Assembly (NCBI GenBank): GCA_963822445.1
Contig: CAWGHO010000002.1
Coordinates: 1,312,001 to 1,376,000, forward strand
Reading direction: 5' to 3'
DNA from: an uncultured Acidobacteriota bacterium
Lineage (GTDB): Bacteria > Acidobacteriota > Thermoanaerobaculia > Gp7-AA8
DNA length: 64,000 nt
The notes beneath the pieces are model-generated. The model saw only the letters and a list, made by a program, of their open reading frames with translations, had not been told where the DNA came from and did no database searches. The stretch's first letter is position 1. Each line of letters starts with the position of its first letter. This document shows positions 12,192 through 21,088 of the stretch, one piece after another. Made by a program: the position numbers and the translations under genes.

Positions 12192-12728
12192 TCAGGTTAA
12201 TGAGTCGCGAAATTTGTGAATCTTTCCGGCGACCGAGGCGTCCCAGATCTCGCTGCCGATCTGGGCCACGAACCCGCCCAGCAGGTTCGGGTCGGTCTTC
12301 ACATCCAGCTCGACCTGCTTGCCGGTCTTCTTCGACAGGGTCTCGGCAAGCTGCCGCAGCTCGTCGGGGCTGAGGCTCTTGGCGCTGCGCACTTCGGCTA
12401 CGGCCACGCCGAGGGCCTTGTTCACCTGCGCGGCGACGGCGGCCAGGATCGAGGAGATGTCGTTGATGCGATGGAAGCGCACCAGCACGTCCAGGGTCTT
12501 CTTGGCGAGGTCGGACATCTTCATCCTGCTCGCGAGCTGGGCGGTGATCTTCAGCTTCGTGGCCTCGTCGATGCCGGGATTCGCGAAAAGCTCGTGAAGC
12601 TCGGGGGAGGTTTTCAGCGCGGTCTCGAAGCGCATCAGCTCACCGCGAAGCTCGTTCGCTTTCTGCGGGCTGCCGGCGGCGTCGATGATGGCGTTGGCGT
12701 AGGGGCGGGCGAATTTTCGGATTCTCAT
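12192..12728 (-). CDS. atpH: ATP synthase delta subunit
   Basis: ARPYA N-terminus, DPNLLGG...DASV. Confidence 0.93.
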   Translation of the reverse strand: MRIRKFARPYANAIIDAAGSPQKANELRGELMRFETALKTSPELHELFANPGIDEATKLKITAQLASRMKMSDLAKKTLDVLVRFHRINDISSILAAVAAQVNKALGVAVAEVRSAKSLSPDELRQLAETLSKKTGKQVELDVKTDPNLLGGFVAQIGSEIWDASVAGKIHKFRDSLT

Positions 12729-12746
12729 GACGCGACTCCGGAGGGC

Positions 12747-12835
12747 CGAATGCAGAATGCAGAATGCAGAATGCAGAAAGGGGCCTGCACTTGTCTTTCA
12801 GGTTTCTGCATTCTGCATTCTGCTTTCTGCATTCG
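12747..12835. repeat. Palindromic heptamer array (GAATGCA)x4 - loop - (TGCATTC)x4
   Basis: Read directly; lies between atpF and atpH. Confidence 0.95.
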
Positions 12836-12837
12836 CT

Positions 12838-13488
12838 TCACCCCGCCACCTCTCCCACCTGCCGCAAGCTCTCCTGAAACAGCTTGCTCTGATCTTCCGC
12901 GGTGATCTTTTCGCGCAGGATCTGCTCCGCGCGCTCGCTGGCCAGCTGACCGGCATACGCGGTGAGCTCGGTGCGGGCGTGCTTGAGACGGTTGTCGACT
13001 TCGTTCTTCGCCGCGGTGAGGATCTTCTGCGCCTCGGCCTCGGCGGCCGCAATCAGCTCGCGCTTCTGGCGCTCGCCTTCGGCCTGGGCGCGCTCGTGAA
13101 TGGCGCGCACTTCCTGTTCGATCTGGGTGAGCCGCGCCTGGATGTCGCTGGCCATCTGATCGGCTTTGACGCGGCGCTCTTTGGCCTCATCGGCCGTGCG
13201 GCGGATCGCTGCGCTGCGCTCGGCGAAGGCTCGCTTCACCGGTCCGCCGACGAAGTACACCAGCACGCCGATGAACAGGACCATGTTGGCGATCTTCAGG
13301 ATCCAGCCGGGGATGCCGAAGTAGGTTTTCTCGTGATGCTCGGCGCCGGCAGCAGCACCCTCTGTCGGATGCACTTTCTCGTGCGTCTCGGCTTCGGCGC
13401 CGTGCGCCGCGGTGCCGCCGGTCTTGTCGACCTGCGCAAACAGCGCGGGAGTAACGAGCAGCAGAACGATCAAAAGCAGTCTGCGCAT
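12838..13488 (-). CDS. atpF: ATP synthase subunit b
   Basis: TM segment followed by Ala/Glu-rich coiled coil; operon position. Confidence 0.88.
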   Translation of the reverse strand: MRRLLLIVLLLVTPALFAQVDKTGGTAAHGAEAETHEKVHPTEGAAAGAEHHEKTYFGIPGWILKIANMVLFIGVLVYFVGGPVKRAFAERSAAIRRTADEAKERRVKADQMASDIQARLTQIEQEVRAIHERAQAEGERQKRELIAAAEAEAQKILTAAKNEVDNRLKHARTELTAYAGQLASERAEQILREKITAEDQSKLFQESLRQVGEVAG

Positions 13489-13916
13489 CAGACGGCCCTC
13501 CCGAGGATGCGCTCGGCGGCCATGCGGGCCAGGGATTCGGCTTCGCGGGAGATCTGCTCGCGCGCCGCAACCACGTCAGCGCTCAGGCGCTGATCCGCTT
13601 CGGCCACAACCTGCTTGCCTTCGGCGGCGGTGCGGTCGACGAGCTGCTGGCGAAACGCGGCCGCTTCGGCGCGACGTGCATCGCGCACCTGCGCGGCCTC
13701 ACGCTTGGCGACATGAAGCTGGCTTTCCATCTGCGCGGCGGCCTCGTTGAAACGGGCAAGCGCCCCCTCGTACAGCTCCTCGGCGGTGCGCTGTTCCATC
13801 GCGCGCGCCTCGAGGATCTCGTTCACGGGCTGCAGAAAGAACTTCCTCACCACGAAGTAGTTGAGGATGAAGATCGCCATGATCGCGAACAGAGATAGAT
13901 CGGGTATCAGTTGCAT
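13488..13916 (-). CDS. ATP synthase subunit b'
   Basis: N-terminal TM, FFLQPV..ILEAR, coiled coil. Confidence 0.88.
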   Translation of the reverse strand: MQLIPDLSLFAIMAIFILNYFVVRKFFLQPVNEILEARAMEQRTAEELYEGALARFNEAAAQMESQLHVAKREAAQVRDARRAEAAAFRQQLVDRTAAEGKQVVAEADQRLSADVVAAREQISREAESLARMAAERILGRAV

Positions 13917-13988
13917 AGTTGTTCGTGGATGCTTCGAGGCCTGTCTGAGGAGGGCTCCGGAGAGCGCAAAGACCTGAAAAGCCCGCGC

Positions 13989-14017
13989 TTTTTACCACAG
14001 TGAAAGAACGTTGTCAC
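13989..14017 (-). promoter_or_regulatory. Putative sigma70 promoter of the atp operon
   Basis: GTGACA-17 nt-TAAAAA with upstream TG. Confidence 0.4.
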
Positions 14018-14039
14018 CCTCCCGGTTCCGCCGTCGTGA

Positions 14040-14603
14040 ATGGCCACGGACGACTACCGGAAGATCCTCGAGCGGGCTGATGAGCACTTCAGTTCGGTGA
14101 TGAAGTCCCAGCCGCAGAATCTGCAGTGCGGCGCGGGCTGCTCGCTGTGCTGCTACGGGCTGTTCGAGATCGGATCGGGCGACGTGCCGATCATCGCCGA
14201 GGGCCTGGCGGCCATGCCGCCTGCGCGGCGGAAGAAAGTCATCAGGCGCGCGCAGGAAATCGTCGACACGAACGACCATCCGAACCTGCGGGAGTGCTCG
14301 CCGGACGAGAAGGAAGCGTTCTTCACGCGGACGCAGTCGACGCCCTGCCCGAACCTCGACGAGGCCGGCCTTTGCCTGATGTACGAGCATCGCCCGCTGG
14401 TCTGCCGGACGTTTGGACTGCCGCTGCGCGACGGCCGCAAGTACATCGGCGACATCTGCGAGCTGAATTTCAAGGAGTCGACGCAACGCGAACGGATGCG
14501 CGCTTCCTGGGACCTGGAATGGGAAGACGTGCTCGGTCCCGAGGATGAGTTCACGATCCCGGAAGTGATCATGATGGTCGCGCGGATGCGCGGCTGGCTT
14601 TAG
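14040..14603 (+). CDS. YkgJ/UPF0153 family cysteine-cluster protein
   Basis: CGAGCSLCC ... CPNL....CLMYEHRPLVCR. Confidence 0.85.
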   Translation: MATDDYRKILERADEHFSSVMKSQPQNLQCGAGCSLCCYGLFEIGSGDVPIIAEGLAAMPPARRKKVIRRAQEIVDTNDHPNLRECSPDEKEAFFTRTQSTPCPNLDEAGLCLMYEHRPLVCRTFGLPLRDGRKYIGDICELNFKESTQRERMRASWDLEWEDVLGPEDEFTIPEVIMMVARMRGWL

Positions 14604-16372
14604 TGCCGGACGCCGCGAGCGCGCGTCGGCCGGTCGTCGTCGAGGATGGTGATGACTACCGAGTCGCGCACGATGATCAGTCCGGACGGATCGCGGAAAT
14701 CGACGTCGAAGGTCGTCAGCGGCTCGGCGACGTCATCGCCGCGGATGCGAATGGCGACGGTTTTCTCCGTCTCGCCGGGCGCGAACGTGACCGTCTCGCT
14801 CATTTCCACGTAGTCATCCGACGGGAACTCGCGCGTCTGCACGACCACGCTGGCCGGCGCCTCGCTCGCGCGGGAGAGCGTCAGCAGCAGCCGCATCTCG
14901 GTCAACGTGTCGCCCTCGACGGTGATCCTGTCTTCGACACGCAGTTGCGGCCACTCCCATTCGCGATCGTCGTCCATGATGATTCCGGTTCCGGGACGGG
15001 AGTCGTACTCGATGCCCTGCGCGGGACCGACGAACAGTCCGAAGTACTCGTCTCCCTCGACCTCGGAATCAGCCACGATCGGAACGGGAATCTCTTTCAA
15101 CACCTCGCCGGGCTGGAAGGTGATCGTGCTGATGCCTTTCGACGCGAAGTCGGGCCCCGACCGCGCCCTACCACCGGGCAGCCAGGCGTCGTTCAGCGAA
15201 TCCGCAGCGACCCAGCGGACGACGATGGGCGTCTCGGACGGACGGGAAAGCTCGAGGCGGAAGACGGCGGTGGTTCCTTCGATGGCGATGGCGTCGTGGA
15301 CCTTCAGCCATCGAACGTCCGTGTCGTCGTCGCGGATCCTGCCGCCGGCGAGGGAATGCTGAAGATTCGCACCATCGGCTTTCGTGAGCTCGACGTCGAA
15401 GAACTCCCAGAAGTACTCCGCCTCGTCGTCGGCCAGCACCTCGACCTCGATCCACTTCACCCGCTCGCCCGGCTCGAACCGCAGTAAGCCGCTCTGCCCG
15501 ACGAAATCGACCTCCTCGGTCGCGGAGCGCTCTTCCGTTTCGTAGAAAACGGAAACGCCGCGGAGGCTCGGTTCGGTGAGGGCCACGCGGAATCGCGCGA
15601 ACGTCGGCAGGCCGGTGCCCTCGATGACGTCGACGTTGTCGATCGAGACGCCGGGCAGCGTGTTCGGCTCGTCGTCGTCGAGGATCGTGAAGACCGCGGT
15701 GGAGCTCAGCCCGTCGAGCTGGAGAAGAAACGTCTCGTCGGCTTCGTAGCGGTCGTCGCCGTAGATGGTGATGGGGACCGCGACCGACTTTCTGCCCGGC
15801 CGGAAGGTAACCGTCTCGTCGACCGGCTTGTAGTCGACGCGCTCGCGGGCAGTGATCGGCGTGGAGAACACCCGCACGGAGTAGGAAATCTCGAACGCCA
15901 CGGGCAGCGTGACGAAGGCTTCGACCTGTTTCTCGAAAAGCTCACCCTCTTGCGCGCTGCCGGGCGTGATCCGCGGCTCGGGATACACGCTGTCGTCCTG
16001 GATGGTGATGGAAACGCGATTCGTGACCGCGACCGCGTTCTCGACGTCGGTCACATCGAGGTAGAAGGTTTCCTCGAGCTCGGCGATGTTGTCATCGACG
16101 ATGACGATGCGGATGATCGTTCCGGATGATGTCTCGACGCGCTTGTTGCTGATGGCGACGTAGTCTTCGCCGGCGACGGCGGTGCCGTCCGCGGTAGAGA
16201 CGCGAAACCGCGCCGGCTGATCTTCCGGAGTGATGACGAAGACGCGGACTTCCGCGGGCGAGTCATCCTCTTTGACGATCTCCGACGTGAGCCGCAACTC
16301 GGGCAGCGCGGCCAGCGCACCGTTGGAGACGACGAGAAAGAACAGCGCCGCAACCGCGCGGAAAGGGGTCAT
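14600..16372 (-). CDS. Exported Calx-beta repeat protein; ends RARGVRH
   Basis: Signal peptide; about five repeats of DGTA..G.DY / F.PGE..K / I..DD. Confidence 0.85.
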   Translation of the reverse strand: MTPFRAVAALFFLVVSNGALAALPELRLTSEIVKEDDSPAEVRVFVITPEDQPARFRVSTADGTAVAGEDYVAISNKRVETSSGTIIRIVIVDDNIAELEETFYLDVTDVENAVAVTNRVSITIQDDSVYPEPRITPGSAQEGELFEKQVEAFVTLPVAFEISYSVRVFSTPITARERVDYKPVDETVTFRPGRKSVAVPITIYGDDRYEADETFLLQLDGLSSTAVFTILDDDEPNTLPGVSIDNVDVIEGTGLPTFARFRVALTEPSLRGVSVFYETEERSATEEVDFVGQSGLLRFEPGERVKWIEVEVLADDEAEYFWEFFDVELTKADGANLQHSLAGGRIRDDDTDVRWLKVHDAIAIEGTTAVFRLELSRPSETPIVVRWVAADSLNDAWLPGGRARSGPDFASKGISTITFQPGEVLKEIPVPIVADSEVEGDEYFGLFVGPAQGIEYDSRPGTGIIMDDDREWEWPQLRVEDRITVEGDTLTEMRLLLTLSRASEAPASVVVQTREFPSDDYVEMSETVTFAPGETEKTVAIRIRGDDVAEPLTTFDVDFRDPSGLIIVRDSVVITILDDDRPTRARGVRH

Positions 16373-16380
16373 GGGAAGAA

Positions 16381-16752
16381 TTACGCTTTTGCCGCGATGT
16401 TCGTCACGCTGCCGCCCTTTTTGTCACCCATCACGCAGTTGCCCTGGAAGATGGCTCCTTCTTCAATGATGAGCGCTGGCGTGTCGACGTCGCTGTAGAC
16501 CTTGCCGTTGCGATGGATCTCGACGCGCTGCGTGGCGACGATGCGGCCGACCACCGTGCCGCTGATGGCAATGCGGCCGACGTGGAACTCCCCTTCGATG
16601 TGCGCGCTCTCGCCGACGATCAACTCGTTCTTCGAAGTGATCTTGCCGTTGAACTTCCCGTCGATGCGCATCGTGTCCTCGAACTCGAGCTCACCCTTGA
16701 AGGAGGAGCCGCGATCGAGGAAGCCGTTGAGGTCACCACTTTTGTTTTTCAT
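16381..16752 (-). CDS. Bactofilin (polymer-forming cytoskeletal protein)
   Basis: F.G.L.....RIDG.F.G ... LIIEEGAIFQGNC. Confidence 0.9.
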   Translation of the reverse strand: MKNKSGDLNGFLDRGSSFKGELEFEDTMRIDGKFNGKITSKNELIVGESAHIEGEFHVGRIAISGTVVGRIVATQRVEIHRNGKVYSDVDTPALIIEEGAIFQGNCVMGDKKGGSVTNIAAKA

Positions 16753-16761
16753 AAGTCTCCC

Positions 16762-16836
16762 GGGTTGTCAGGTTATCCGGTTGTCGGGTTGTCGGGCCTG
16801 CACCTGACAACCTGACAACCCGATAACCTGGTCACC
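16762..16836. repeat. Palindromic octamer array (GGTTGTCR)x4 - loop - (TGACAACC)x3-4
   Basis: Read directly; fills the parB-bactofilin spacer. Confidence 0.9.
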
Positions 16837-17711
16837 TATCTCCGTCTCCCCATCAACTCATCCACCAACCGAATCAACTCGTCTTCACTGCCGAAGCGCA
16901 CGTGAATCACGCCGCCGCGGCGTTTGCGGTCGATCTCCACTTTGCACCGTAGAGTTCTTTGCAGCCGTTCTTCCGCGTCGCGGGTGAAGACATCTTTTTC
17001 CTTTTCCGGCTCGGCCGCCTTGGGGGAGCTTTCGGCGGCGAGCATCTCCGTTTGCCTTACGTTCAGATTGCGCTTCACGACCCGTTCCGCGAGCTGCTCC
17101 TGCTTCTTCGGGGAGTCCACGGCCAGAATGGCTCGGGCATGGCCCATGGAGAGCTGTCCTGACGCGAGCAGCTTCTTGACCGAATCGGGTAACTTCAATA
17201 GACGCAGGAAGTTAGCGACGGTCGGACGTTCTTTCCCCACCCGCTTTGAGATCTCCTCCTGGGTGAGGCCGAACTCTTCATGGAGCTGGTGATAGGCGTA
17301 CGCCTCTTCGATCGGGTTCAGGTCTTCGCGCTGGATGTTCTCGATGAGCGCGATCTGCAGGGTATCGCTGTCGGTGAGGGTCTCTTTGACGACGACCGGA
17401 ACGAGGGTCAGCCCGGCCTTCTGTGCCGCGCGAAAGCGGCGCTCGCCGGCGATGAGCCGATACTTATTGTCACCAGTGCGGGTGACGACGAGAGGCTGGA
17501 TGATGCCGTGCTCGCGGACGCTCCTCGCCAGATCTTCGATCGACGCGTCGTTGAAGGTCCGGCGCGGCTGGTAAGGGTTCGGCGAGATCTGCTCGATCGG
17601 GACATTGGCCAGACCGGCGCCTTGCGGCGGCGGCGGAGGTGCTTCCGCGACGGGCTTGCTGGGGATGAGGGCGCCGAGGCCGCGACCGAGGGCTTTTTTC
17701 TGGGTGCTCAT
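16836..17711 (-). CDS. parB: Chromosome partitioning protein ParB
   Basis: LGRGLGAL, PNPYQPR, IAGERRFRA, ENIQREDL. Confidence 0.97.
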   Translation of the reverse strand: MSTQKKALGRGLGALIPSKPVAEAPPPPPQGAGLANVPIEQISPNPYQPRRTFNDASIEDLARSVREHGIIQPLVVTRTGDNKYRLIAGERRFRAAQKAGLTLVPVVVKETLTDSDTLQIALIENIQREDLNPIEEAYAYHQLHEEFGLTQEEISKRVGKERPTVANFLRLLKLPDSVKKLLASGQLSMGHARAILAVDSPKKQEQLAERVVKRNLNVRQTEMLAAESSPKAAEPEKEKDVFTRDAEERLQRTLRCKVEIDRKRRGGVIHVRFGSEDELIRLVDELMGRRR

Positions 17712-18481
17712 GCGAGAACGCTCTCCGCGCGCTGAATGAACTCCTTGGCCAGGTTGACGTACGCCTCGCTGCCGCGGGAGCGGATGTCGTAGAGAATGAT
17801 CGGCTTGCCGAACGACGGCGCCTCGCCCAGCCGGACGTTTCTCGGGATCACGGTGTTGTAGACCTTCGCGCCGAAGTGCGACCGGACCTCATCGGCGACC
17901 TGGCGGGCAAGATTCATCCGCTCGTCGTACATGGTCAGGGCGATGCCTTCGATGTCGAGCGTGGGATTGAGGATGTCCCGGACCCGCTCGACGGTGTTCA
18001 TGAGCTGGGCGACGCCTTCGATCGCGAAGTACTCGCACTGCATCGGGACCAGGACGGAGCTCGCCGCGGCCAGTCCGTTGATGGTGAGCAGCCCCAGCGA
18101 CGGCGGCGAATCGATCAGCACGTAATCGAACTCTTTGGCCACGTCGGCCAGCGCCTTCCGGAGGTGGAACTCGCGGCCGATGGCGTCGGAGAGCTCGAGC
18201 TCGGCCGCGACCAGATCGACCGAGGAGGGGGCGACCTGGAAGTTCGGCAGCTCGGTGGGCTGGATGATCTCGCGGATGTTCATCCCGTCGGTGAGGACGG
18301 GGTACATCGACTTGTCTAGGTTCTTGGGGATGCCCACGCCGGAGGTGGCGTTGGCCTGAGGGTCGAGATCGACGAGGAGCACGCTCCGCTCGCAGGCTGC
18401 CAGGGAGGCGGCCAGATTGATGGCGGTCGTCGTTTTACCGACGCCCCCCTTCTGATTAACAAGCGTGATGATTTTGCCCAT
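17708..18481 (-). CDS. parA: Chromosome partitioning ATPase ParA/Soj
   Basis: NQKGGVGKTT, DLDPQAN, EAPSFGKP. Confidence 0.97.
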   Translation of the reverse strand: MGKIITLVNQKGGVGKTTTAINLAASLAACERSVLLVDLDPQANATSGVGIPKNLDKSMYPVLTDGMNIREIIQPTELPNFQVAPSSVDLVAAELELSDAIGREFHLRKALADVAKEFDYVLIDSPPSLGLLTINGLAAASSVLVPMQCEYFAIEGVAQLMNTVERVRDILNPTLDIEGIALTMYDERMNLARQVADEVRSHFGAKVYNTVIPRNVRLGEAPSFGKPIILYDIRSRGSEAYVNLAKEFIQRAESVLA

Positions 18482-19077
18482 TAAAGATGTTCCACGTGGA
18501 ACGTTAAGACTTTGAGGTAGTTGGATTCGCCACGAGGGAGCCGGATGGCTTCCGTGGCCGTGAATCCCGCGATCTCAGGCGCGTCCGGAGAACCCTGAAA
18601 CAGCGCGACTCGCGCGCCATTCTCCAGATGCCCTTTCAGCGTCGGAACCCACTCTTCCGGCTCCCCAACTGCCCTCGATACGACCAGGGAAAAGCGGAGA
18701 GTCTCGGGAAGCCGGGCCAAAAGGCGCGCCAATCTATCACCGTAAACCAGCGAGTTCAATCCGCACTCCCGCACCACATGCTTCAAAAACGCCCACTTTT
18801 TCTGGTCCGCCTCGCACAGATGAAAGCGGGCCTCCGGCGAAACGATGGCCATGGGGATGGCCGGCAGACCGCCACCGGAGCCGAAGTCGAGGACCTCCCC
18901 TTTCGGCTGGAGGATCTCCGCGGCCGCGACGGCCTCGGCGATGTGGTCGTCGAGGTTCTCGCGCGCCTCGGGACCGATAAGGTTTACCTTTGCCGTCCAC
19001 TTCAGGAGCTCGGACTTATAAGTGGCGAGTGATGAGGGATGAGGGATGAGTGGCCCGCCGCCCGGTATCTTACTCAT
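18481..19077 (-). CDS. rsmG: 16S rRNA m7G527 methyltransferase
   Basis: W...VNL, LDFGSGGGLP, KKWAFL, VSRA; lies between mnmG and parA; start falls inside a repeat arm. Confidence 0.88.
   Translation of the reverse strand: MSKIPGGGPLIPHPSSLATYKSELLKWTAKVNLIGPEARENLDDHIAEAVAAAEILQPKGEVLDFGSGGGLPAIPMAIVSPEARFHLCEADQKKWAFLKHVVRECGLNSLVYGDRLARLLARLPETLRFSLVVSRAVGEPEEWVPTLKGHLENGARVALFQGSPDAPEIAGFTATEAIRLPRGESNYLKVLTFHVEHL
18488..18503. promoter_or_regulatory. parS site (15/16 match) inside the rsmG 3' end
   Basis: TGTTCCACGTGGAACG. Confidence 0.85.
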
Positions 19078-19098
19078 CACTCATCCCTCATCACTCGC
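19025..19098. repeat. Palindromic heptamer array (GATGAGG/T)x3 - loop - (A/CCTCATC)x3
   Basis: Read directly; overlaps the mnmG stop and rsmG start. Confidence 0.9.
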
Positions 19099-20974
19099 GC
19101 GCGGCGACGCCGCGCCTGACGTGCATTCTCACGATCGCCACCGCCGCCGGGGTCACGCCCGGAATCCGCGAGGCCTGGCCGAGGGACGCCGGGCGCACCC
19201 GCGTCAGCTTCTCCACCATCTCCCGGGACAGGCCCGGCAGCGCGTACGACATCTCGCTGGGAATCCGCAGATTCTCATCCTCGGACATCCGCGAGGCCTC
19301 CCGCTGCTGCCGTTCGATGTAGCCGGAGTAGCGGAGCCGGCTCACGACGCCCTCTTTCTCTTCATCGCTCAGCGCGCGGAACGACTCGGCGAGCTCGGGC
19401 AGAACGCCTTGCGCCGCGTCGACCAGCGTGTCGACATCCAGCGTCGCCCGCTGCATCAGCTTCCCGATCGTGCTCTGCGCGGTGAGCTCGATGCCCGCCG
19501 CCGCCAGCCAGCTCTGGGTGTCGCGATCGGGCCGCAGCTCGATCTCCCCTGCCTTTTCCGCCCGCTGCATCCGCGCGATCCGGGCTTCGACGCGGCGTTT
19601 CCGCTCGTCGTCGAGGATTCCCAGAGATGCCGCGATCGGCGACAGACGCTCATAAACGGAGTCGCATCCGAGGAGCAGCCGGTGCTCCGCCCGGGAGGTG
19701 AACATCCGATAAGGCTCCTCGGTACCGAGCGTCACCAGGTCATCGATCATCACCGCGGCGTAGGCCTGATCGCGGCGAAAGATCACCGGATCACCGCCGC
19801 GAACCACCTGCAGCGCGTTGACTCCCGCGATGAATCCCTGGGCCGCGGCCTCCTCGTAACCGGAGGTTCCGTTGATCTGTCCGGCCAGAAACAGCCCTTC
19901 CACGCCCCGAACCTGGAGCGTCGCCGAGAGCTGTTCCGGGTTCACGAAGTCGTATTCGACGGCGTATCCATAGCGGGCGATGACCGCGTTCTCGAATCCG
20001 GGAAGAGAGCGGACCACCGCGTCCTGGACGTCCGGCGGAAGGGAGGTGGAGATCCCGTTCAGGTAGAGCCAGGGATGCTTCAGCCCCTCCGGCTCGACGA
20101 ACACCTGGTGGCGCTCCTTCTCCGCGAACCGCACCACCTTGTCCTCGATCGAGGGGCAGTAGCGCGGGCCGGTGCCCTGGATCTGGCCGGAGTACATCGG
20201 TGCGCGATGGAGATTCGCGCGGATCAGGTCATGGGCGAATGCGCCGGTGTGGGTGAGCCAGCAGAGGACCTGGGGCTGCTCGAGGCGATCGGTCAGGATG
20301 GAGAACGGCCGTGAACGCTCGTCGCCGGGGGCTTCCTCGAGCCTCGAGAAGTCGACGGTGGTCTTGTCGATCCGCGGGGGCGTTCCCGTTTTGAGGCGGC
20401 CGAGGTTCAGGCCGAGGGCCCGGAGGGAGTCGGAGAGGGTTTCGGCGGAGGGCTCGCCGAAGCGGCCGCCGACGGTCTTCTGTTCGCCGGAGTGTATCAG
20501 CGCCCGGAGAAACGTGCCGGTGGTGACGACGACGGCCCGTGCTTCGAGGCGCGTTCCGTCGCCCAGAACGGCACCGCGGACAGTCCGGCCGTCGATGATC
20601 AGTGAGGTCACCGAGCCTTCGACGATGGTCAGGTTCGGCTCAGCCGCAAGAATCTCCTGAACCGCCTCGGCATACAGATCGCGATCACACTGGGCGCGCG
20701 GTCCCTGGACGGCCGGGCCCTTGGAGCGGTTGAGGACCTTGAACTGAATCCCCGCGCGATCGGTCGCCTCCCCCATCAGGCCACCCAGCGCGTCGATCTC
20801 TTTGACCAGGTTTCCCTTGGCCAGACCGCCGATGGCCGGGTTGCAGGACATCCGGCCGATGGCTTCGCGCTGCATGGTGATCATGGCCACGCGCGCGCCG
20901 CCGCGGGCTGCTACGCGGGCCGCTTCAGCGCCGGCGTGGCCGCCGCCGATGATCAGGATGTCGAAGGAGGTCAT
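19091..20974 (-). CDS. mnmG: tRNA U34 modification enzyme MnmG/GidA
   Basis: GGGHAGAEA, MSCNPAIGG, RYCPSIEDK, GQINGTSGYEEAA; start taken at MTSFD. Confidence 0.97.
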   Translation of the reverse strand: MTSFDILIIGGGHAGAEAARVAARGGARVAMITMQREAIGRMSCNPAIGGLAKGNLVKEIDALGGLMGEATDRAGIQFKVLNRSKGPAVQGPRAQCDRDLYAEAVQEILAAEPNLTIVEGSVTSLIIDGRTVRGAVLGDGTRLEARAVVVTTGTFLRALIHSGEQKTVGGRFGEPSAETLSDSLRALGLNLGRLKTGTPPRIDKTTVDFSRLEEAPGDERSRPFSILTDRLEQPQVLCWLTHTGAFAHDLIRANLHRAPMYSGQIQGTGPRYCPSIEDKVVRFAEKERHQVFVEPEGLKHPWLYLNGISTSLPPDVQDAVVRSLPGFENAVIARYGYAVEYDFVNPEQLSATLQVRGVEGLFLAGQINGTSGYEEAAAQGFIAGVNALQVVRGGDPVIFRRDQAYAAVMIDDLVTLGTEEPYRMFTSRAEHRLLLGCDSVYERLSPIAASLGILDDERKRRVEARIARMQRAEKAGEIELRPDRDTQSWLAAAGIELTAQSTIGKLMQRATLDVDTLVDAAQGVLPELAESFRALSDEEKEGVVSRLRYSGYIERQQREASRMSEDENLRIPSEMSYALPGLSREMVEKLTRVRPASLGQASRIPGVTPAAVAIVRMHVRRGVAARE

Positions 20975-20976
20975 GA

Positions 20977-20992
20977 TGTTCCACGTGGAACA
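20977..20992. promoter_or_regulatory. parS site (perfect palindrome)
   Basis: TGTTCCACGTGGAACA directly upstream of mnmG. Confidence 0.95.
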
Positions 20993-21007
20993 GGCCGTCG
21001 CGGTTTT

Positions 21008-21071
21008 GTCATCCCGAGCGTGAGTCGAGGGATCTGGCGGCACGGGATCCCTCGACTTCGCTCGGGATGAC
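21008..21071. repeat. REP-like inverted pair GTCATCCCGAGCG..GTCGAGGGATC / GATCCCTCGACTTCGCTCGGGATGAC
   Basis: Read directly; single arms recur at 55536 and 62943. Confidence 0.9.
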
Positions 21072-21088
21072 GGCGGCGTGCGCCGCCG

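Noticed and set aside
20975-21043. N-terminal extension of MnmG in the ORF track
   Set aside because: It is a translation of the REP arm and parS; the family-like start is MTSFD at 20974.
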